A stretch of DNA of 28,882 bases from a virus (taxonomy: Duplodnaviria; Caudoviricetes), in the IMG/VR virus record IMGVR_UViG_3300047402_000037, positions 1 to 28,882 of that record; one strand, given 5' to 3'. Every line of letters begins with the position of its first letter. Position 1 is the stretch's first letter. Below the pieces are notes generated by a model that was not told the DNA's origin, searched no databases, and saw only the letters and a program-made list of their open reading frames with translations. Made by a program: the position numbers and the translations under genes. Below, in pieces: positions 24,656 through 28,882 of the stretch.

Positions 24656-25386
24656 CCTCCGATCAAATCCGATATTCCCCATGGCGCTCCGATCTCAAGG
24701 GCAAGTTGCTTGGGCATTGCGGGCTGTTCCACGAACAAGTCCGGCTGGCGGTAAGCCTCCTCGATGCGCCGACAGGCGATGTCGAAGTACCGCTCTTCGA
24801 TCTCGATCCCGATGAACTTCCGGCCGAGCTTCACACAGGCAACGCCTGTCGTGCCGGAGCCCATGAAAGGGTCGAGAATGGTGTGGCCTCGCGTTTTCTC
24901 AATGCACCACGCCATGAGCGGAACCGGCTTTTGCGTCGGGTGCTCGCGGGTCTTTGCCTCCGCCATCATTGACATATCGCGAAAGCAGTAGACGCCGTGA
25001 CCTCGTGAAAACCAGGCCGTCTCGGCGTCCGATAGAAATGATCCGAATGCTGCGTCAAGGCGCTTAATCCAAATCAGACATGCGCCTTTAGGTAAGCGGT
25101 CCGGGAAGTTGTTCCAGCCCCAAATGATTTGCTCTCCACCCAGAAGAAATGGGCTTGGATCAAAATCCCGATCGTCCTCGTGTATCGGCGCCCCGTAGTC
25201 TTTGCCTGTCCCGCGGCGGGCACGGCTGGCTTGTTCTCCCCCGCTAAACCTTGTGCCATTCGTATTAAGCGAAATCCCATAGGGCGGGTCTGTCACCACG
25301 GCATCGACCTTCCCGACAGTCGGCAAAATTTCCCTGCAATCCCCCAGATAGAGCGTGCAGGCACCGATTGTCTCAATCCGGCTCAT
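24652..25386 (-). CDS. orphan N6-adenine/N4-cytosine DNA methyltransferase (beta class)
   Basis: 'GDCRE…VTDPPYG' (motif IV) precedes 'HPTQKP' and '[11 protein letters not shown]' (motif I), then 'GIEIE'. Confidence 0.93.
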   Translation of the reverse strand: MSRIETIGACTLYLGDCREILPTVGKVDAVVTDPPYGISLNTNGTRFSGGEQASRARRGTGKDYGAPIHEDDRDFDPSPFLLGGEQIIWGWNNFPDRLPKGACLIWIKRLDAAFGSFLSDAETAWFSRGHGVYCFRDMSMMAEAKTREHPTQKPVPLMAWCIEKTRGHTILDPFMGSGTTGVACVKLGRKFIGIEIEERYFDIACRRIEEAYRQPDLFVEQPAMPKQLALEIGAPWGISDLIGG

Positions 25387-25616
25387 ATCTCGCTCTCCAA
25401 AATCGAAACCTTCGGCAGTGTGATCGGCTGGCCCCGGGAGTCCGTGAGAGGCTTGCGGGGAGGGATTTCTCGCTCGGGAGGGGAAAAGCGCCGGGCAAGC
25501 AGCGCGCGGCGTTCCTCGGTCTCGATCCGCGCCTTCGAGCGCTTGACAGCTTTCCGCCAGTCCAGGCCTTGGCCGCGCTTGGTCAATTTTTGCCCCCGGA
25601 CGCTACTTGCCCCCAA
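25383..25616 (-). CDS. basic hypothetical protein
   Basis: ATGA overlap with the methyltransferase; ends '[11 protein letters not shown]'. Confidence 0.6.
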   Translation of the reverse strand: MGASSVRGQKLTKRGQGLDWRKAVKRSKARIETEERRALLARRFSPPEREIPPRKPLTDSRGQPITLPKVSILESEI

Positions 25617-26029
25617 TTGCGATCCAGGCGCCGACTACGCGCGAGCGCAGCATCCACGCTGCCGTGCTCGCGCGCGGCCGTCTCGCGCCACTCCGCGGCT
25701 AGGCGGTAGCGCTCATTCTGGGTCGACCAGTGGTCCATAAGGCTGCGATCCGGCATCAGATCGGAAACGTTCGAGTAGTTGGCCCCGGCCATGATCCGAC
25801 GCTTGGCTGCATGGATGCAGTGCGTGCGCAGAATCGAGGAAAACCCCTCGGTCTCGGCCCGCTTCACCCAAGGGTGGCTATGGAAGTGTGCCGACCATTG
25901 CCCGCTGGCGATGATGCGCTTGCCGTGCAGTGGGTGTCCCGGCTTGACCTCGGCATCGCGTAGCCCGCACACGAACACCCTCGCCATGAAATCCGCCTTG
26001 TCCGGCGTCATCTGATCGATTTGCATCAC
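25583..26029 (-). CDS. hypothetical protein downstream of the replication initiator
   Basis: 148 aa; overlaps the rep stop; occupies the usual helicase-loader slot. Confidence 0.7.
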   Translation of the reverse strand: MMQIDQMTPDKADFMARVFVCGLRDAEVKPGHPLHGKRIIASGQWSAHFHSHPWVKRAETEGFSSILRTHCIHAAKRRIMAGANYSNVSDLMPDRSLMDHWSTQNERYRLAAEWRETAAREHGSVDAALARSRRLDRNWGQVASGGKN

Positions 26030-26949
26030 GAGAGCCCCATTTCACGGGCGATCTGTTCGAGGTATTCCGAGCTGCCGGGGGCCGGGCCACGGCGCTGCGG
26101 GATCGTGATCGGCTTCGGGGTCGTGTGCCGGCCGTTGCCGTAGCCGCCATCGTGGACCTTCGCGAAGCTCGATGGCTGGAGCAGGAATTCGAGATCGGCC
26201 CGCCAGCCGCGATCGTTCGTGCCGGTCAGGAAGCTCGATCGCTCGATGTTGGCCAGGGCCTTCGACCAGCCGTCCGAGCCGTAGTCGCGCAGCCTGGCGA
26301 CGATCTTGCGTTTCCGGTCGGGGGTGAACTTTGCCGCCTGGGGCAAACCGCAGCGAAGGGCGGTTGCGTTGTAGGCCTCGAAAGCCGTCAAAGCTTCGAA
26401 ATGGGTCGGACCCCCGCTAGGGGGTAAGGGGGTATCTTCTTTTTCTTTTAGTCCTAAATCATAGTCCTTAGTCGCGCGTAGAAAACATTGAGTTTTTTCG
26501 ACGCGACTGGGGGGGTAACTAGGGGGGGTATCTTGGGTAGTTGCTGGGGTAGCAACTTGGTGGGTTACCCCTACGGGAACCTCATTATCTTCCCGCTCGC
26601 ATCCCGGATCGGCTTCCCGATCGGGGCGTTCTTCGGCCTGGGCGGAATGCTTGGAATTGGCTTGCGCGGCTTTCTTACGCTCGATTTCGATCCGGTCGTT
26701 GCCGTAGCCGTTTTCATGGCGCTTGATCTTCCCCGACATCAAGAGTTGGCCCAAAACCTTGCGATATTGGTTGACGTTCATTCCGCCGAGCATCTTGGCG
26801 GCTTGACTGTCATCGAGCGGCACGCGCCGACCGGTCTCGCCGATGAACATGCATATGCGGATGTAAAGCCCTTCCTGCTCAATCGAGAGCCCGAGGCAGC
26901 CAGAGCGCCAAGCGGAAGGGTACATGCGGACGAATGCAGGGCCGCTCAT
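26026..26949 (-). CDS. phage replication initiator (DUF1376/YdaU-like N-terminus)
   Basis: 'FVRMYPSAW…LSIEQEGLYIRI…PLDD' N-terminus, low-complexity linker, and 'FLTGTNDRGWRADLEFLL..SFAKVHDGGY' C-terminus; downstream of cro. Confidence 0.82.
   Translation of the reverse strand: MSGPAFVRMYPSAWRSGCLGLSIEQEGLYIRICMFIGETGRRVPLDDSQAAKMLGGMNVNQYRKVLGQLLMSGKIKRHENGYGNDRIEIERKKAAQANSKHSAQAEERPDREADPGCEREDNEVPVGVTHQVATPATTQDTPPSYPPSRVEKTQCFLRATKDYDLGLKEKEDTPLPPSGGPTHFEALTAFEAYNATALRCGLPQAAKFTPDRKRKIVARLRDYGSDGWSKALANIERSSFLTGTNDRGWRADLEFLLQPSSFAKVHDGGYGNGRHTTPKPITIPQRRGPAPGSSEYLEQIAREMGLS
26410..26578. promoter_or_regulatory. putative replication origin within the rep gene
   Basis: Clustered GGGTA motifs (26422, 26430, 26513, 26526, 26535, 26547) flank an AT-rich tract (26434-26470) and an imperfect inverted repeat (26471-26507); lambda O-like position. 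Confidence 0.65.
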
Positions 26950-27023
26950 GCCACGGCCTCCTGACGACGACGGAACGGGGAAAATCTCGCGCTTGCCTTG
27001 TTTCGGCCTCGTGTCGCTGGCAT
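26946..27023 (-). CDS. 25-aa Arg-rich leader peptide coupled to rep (MPATRGRNKASARFSPFRRRQEAVA)
   Basis: SD GGAGG 4 nt before ATG 27023; ATGA overlap with the rep start; the same frame is open upstream to about 27173. Confidence 0.5.
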   Translation of the reverse strand: MPATRGRNKASARFSPFRRRQEAVA

Positions 27024-27057
27024 AGTGCCTCCGTTACCCTGAAGTCCGACCTTGTTT

Positions 27058-27299
27058 CGAACCCCGCTGGCATGCCGCCCGGCGGGGTTCGCCGTTTCAC
27101 AGCCACATGGCAGGAGGCGTGGTACCGAATCGGCTGAAATCGCGCTGGAGAGTTGTCGCGACATCGCCACCACGCCTCCGGCGATGGGGCCGGAGCACGC
27201 ACATGGGACGCAACGGGGACAAAGAGACCGGGCGAGCTGGTCTCGCTTTCAGGCGACGCCCGCCCGGTCAGGTTCCGGCGGCAGATGAGACGCCGCCGG
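27058..27299 (-). other. array of four long stem-loops between cro and rep
   Basis: Inverted repeats at 27275-27299 (8 bp), 27226-27269 (12 bp), 27113-27179 (11 bp, perfect) and 27058-27091 (13 bp). Confidence 0.75.
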
Positions 27300-27310
27300 G
27301 TCTGGGAAAC

Positions 27311-27589
27311 TTACGCAGCAGGACGCGAGCAAGAGCGACGACGGCGATTTGCATCCGGGAACAATAGTTCCCAATCGCCTTGATCTATCCCGAGCACGTC
27401 AGGCTTGATCGTCTTGCCCAAGCGCTTCATGAGCAACGCAACCTGCATGTGCCGAGACGGCGGGATCGCTCCACGCAATCGCCAGTTGCAGATCGCTTGC
27501 GGGCTCAGTTCTTTGAATCGTGCCGCCGCCCCTTCCGGGCCATCGAGACATTCGATTAGGTCGGCAACCGTGTTGATGTCGTACTTCAT
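27311..27589 (-). CDS. cro: Cro-like HTH regulator
   Basis: 'LIECLDGPEGAAARF.ELSPQAICNWRLRGAIPP' is a YdaS/Cro-type HTH; divergent from the repressor. Confidence 0.85.
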   Translation of the reverse strand: MKYDINTVADLIECLDGPEGAAARFKELSPQAICNWRLRGAIPPSRHMQVALLMKRLGKTIKPDVLGIDQGDWELLFPDANRRRRSCSRPAA

Positions 27590-27596
27590 GAGGGGG

Positions 27597-27625
27597 ACAA
27601 TACTTCACCGATGGTGTATGGTCAA
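27597..27625 (-). promoter_or_regulatory. PR-like sigma70 promoter with operator in the spacer
   Basis: TTGACC-17 nt-TATTGT, 7 nt before the cro ATG; operator TTCACC-GAT-GGTGTA at 27604-27618. Confidence 0.8.
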
Positions 27626-27633
27626 CGGCGCTG

Positions 27634-27669
27634 TGGATCAATGGTGTGCAAAACTTAACGGACGGTGTA
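27634..27669. promoter_or_regulatory. two additional degenerate operators (OR2/OR3-like)
   Basis: TGGATC-AAT-GGTGTG (27634-27648) and TTAACG-GAC-GGTGTA (27655-27669) share the GGTGT half-site. Confidence 0.55.
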
Positions 27670-27681
27670 CTACGTCCGGAC

Positions 27682-28008
27682 ATGGCCGCCACCCGTCGAT
27701 CGCCCGATGCAAAAGAAGCCAACGCCGCCTTGCGAAAGGCCGTAGGAGAGCACTTGCGCGCCGTTAGGGAGGTGCTCGGGCTCGCGCAAGGCGAGTTTGG
27801 CCGCCGCGCAGGGTTGGCGACGAACACCTACAACATGATTGAAAACGGGACGAAATTGCCGTCCGTGCTAACTGCAATCGCCATTTGCGACGCGCATGGG
27901 CTGACGCTGGATTACGTCTTCCGGGGCGATCCGTCCGATCTCGCTCCGACGATTCGGCGGGCACTCGACGCGCTCCACACTGCGCGCCATCAATCTCCGA
28001 CAGGCTGA
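27682..28008 (+). CDS. cI: CI-like XRE-family repressor, HTH only (no S24 peptidase domain)
   Basis: 'HLRAVREVLGLAQGEFGRRAGLATNTYNMIENG..LPS…GLTLDYVFRG'; 108 aa from ATG 27682. Confidence 0.88.
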   Translation: MAATRRSPDAKEANAALRKAVGEHLRAVREVLGLAQGEFGRRAGLATNTYNMIENGTKLPSVLTAIAICDAHGLTLDYVFRGDPSDLAPTIRRALDALHTARHQSPTG

Positions 28009-28101
28009 CGGTCGCTCTGCGACATTTTGTCAGCAATGCGTAAGATAAGCCATTCGAAACACGGCCTTACGTAAGCACACACAAAAACTTGTGCACATCC
28101 G

Positions 28102-28155
28102 TTCACTGGCGGTGTATTTTCGTGTTTGACATGTACACCAATAGTGAATTATTGT
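28102..28155 (+). promoter_or_regulatory. PL-like sigma70 promoter with two operators
   Basis: TTGACA(28126-31)-18 nt-TATTGT(28150-55); operators TTCACT-GGC-GGTGTA (28102-16) and TACACC-AAT-AGTGAA (28134-48). Confidence 0.82.
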
Positions 28156-28161
28156 CCCTAC

Positions 28162-28234
28162 ATCACCGGGGCGCTGCCGTCCCACCAATGCCGGGTTTGC
28201 CCACCCGGTTTCGCTCTAGCGGCGCTCCGGTGAT
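28162..28234 (+). ncRNA. putative 73-nt structured leader RNA / sRNA
   Basis: 16-bp closing stem (28162-77/28219-34, with two G-U pairs valid on the + strand only) encloses hairpin CCGGGT/ACCCGG; starts at the predicted TSS. Confidence 0.6.
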
Positions 28235-28257
28235 CGGACAACAAGAGGCGGCATCAA

Positions 28258-28557
28258 ATGGCAAAAGCACCGACACCACCCAAAGGCAGACCCGTCCTGG
28301 TCACTACCGAATATCGCGGCGTGTTTTTCGGTTACGCCGACGACACGTCAGGCGACACGATCAAGCTCAATCGGGCCCGTAATATCCCGTATTGGGATGC
28401 GTCGGTGAAAGGTTTCCTCGGCCTTGCTGAGAGGGGGCCAAGCAAAGCGTGCCGCGTCGGCCCCGCAGCGGACATCGAGCTTCGCAAAATCACTTGCGTT
28501 GCGGAATGCACGAAAGTCGCTGTCGAGGCATGGGAGTCGGCACCATGGCGGTCGTGA
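28258..28557 (+). CDS. DUF6948-like protein (possible Sm-like fold)
   Basis: SD GAGG; 'VLVTTEYRGVFFG…IKLNRARNIPYW…GFLGLAERGP'. Confidence 0.75.
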   Translation: MAKAPTPPKGRPVLVTTEYRGVFFGYADDTSGDTIKLNRARNIPYWDASVKGFLGLAERGPSKACRVGPAADIELRKITCVAECTKVAVEAWESAPWRS

Positions 28558-28882
28558 TCCTGCGCGGTCAGATGCCGAGCCTCGCCGACGGCTACGGCTA
28601 CGGCTACGGCTACGGCTACGGCTTCGGCGACGGCTACGGCTTCGGCTATGGCGACGGCCTCGGCTACGGCTCCAACTACGGCGACGGCTCCGGCGACGGC
28701 TACGGCTCCGGCTTCGGCTACGGCGTTGGCCGCTACGGCTACAGCTACAGCGACGGCTATGGCGACGGCTATGGCGACGGCGACGGCGACGGCTCCGGCC
28801 TCGGCTACGGCTTCGGCACCGACGACGGCTCCGACGACGGCTCCGACGACGGCTCCGGCCTCGGCCTCGGCCTCGGCTATGG
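28545..28882 (+). CDS. Gly-X (GY/GD/GS/GF/GL) dipeptide-repeat protein, 3'-truncated
   Basis: SD GGGAG, ATG 28545: MAVVILRGQMPSLADGYGYGYGYGYGFGDGYGFGYGDGLGYGSNYGDGSGDG…; open to the window end; 6-bp GGCNNC periodicity from 28590. Confidence 0.85.
   Translation, partial: MAVVILRGQMPSLADGYGYGYGYGYGFGDGYGFGYGDGLGYGSNYGDGSGDGYGSGFGYGVGRYGYSYSDGYGDGYGDGDGDGSGLGYGFGTDDGSDDGSDDGSGLGLGLGY

Noticed and set aside
27240-27275. Hammerhead-like CUGA…GAAA near both copies of the repeated hairpin (also CTGACGA at 8283)
   Set aside because: Copy 2 has CUGACCG instead of CUGANGA, copy 1 lacks GAAA after the stem, and no stem III/NUH site is evident.
28162-28234. tRNA gene
   Set aside because: The length fits, but there are no D or T arms, no TTC-loop consensus and no CCA end.

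Overview
The window is about 29 kb of a temperate, GC-rich, P22-like (short-tailed) phage or prophage, probably from an alphaproteobacterial host (inferred from GC content and gene style). Positions 1-22.5 kb on the + strand are a continuous late operon: terminase small subunit, a SPLIT terminase large subunit, portal, GroES-like co-chaperonin, scaffold, capsid genes, head-tail adaptor, gp10-like tail hub, three putative DNA-ejection proteins, an LPD23-like remnant, a mosaic 1362-aa tail fibre with a likely chaperone, and a lysis cassette. Positions 22.5-27.6 kb on the - strand are the early-right operon: cro, a structured leader, a replication initiator with an internal origin, a DNA methyltransferase, an Nmad1-like gene, a NusG paralogue and small ORFs. 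Positions 27.6-28.9 kb hold a lambda-like immunity switch (cro/cI, 15-bp operators, two near-identical promoters) and the start of the early-left operon. The main oddities are: (1) TerL is cut at the ATPase/nuclease boundary by a 59-nt cassette holding an 18-codon mini-ORF, a hairpin, a strong SD and an ATT start; (2) the early-left operon opens with a 73-nt structured RNA at the predicted TSS, then an Sm-like DUF6948-type protein and a Gly-Tyr/Gly-Asp low-complexity protein; (3) a 37-nt hairpin element occurs twice, 19 kb apart. Family assignments come from motif recognition by eye; no database search was run.
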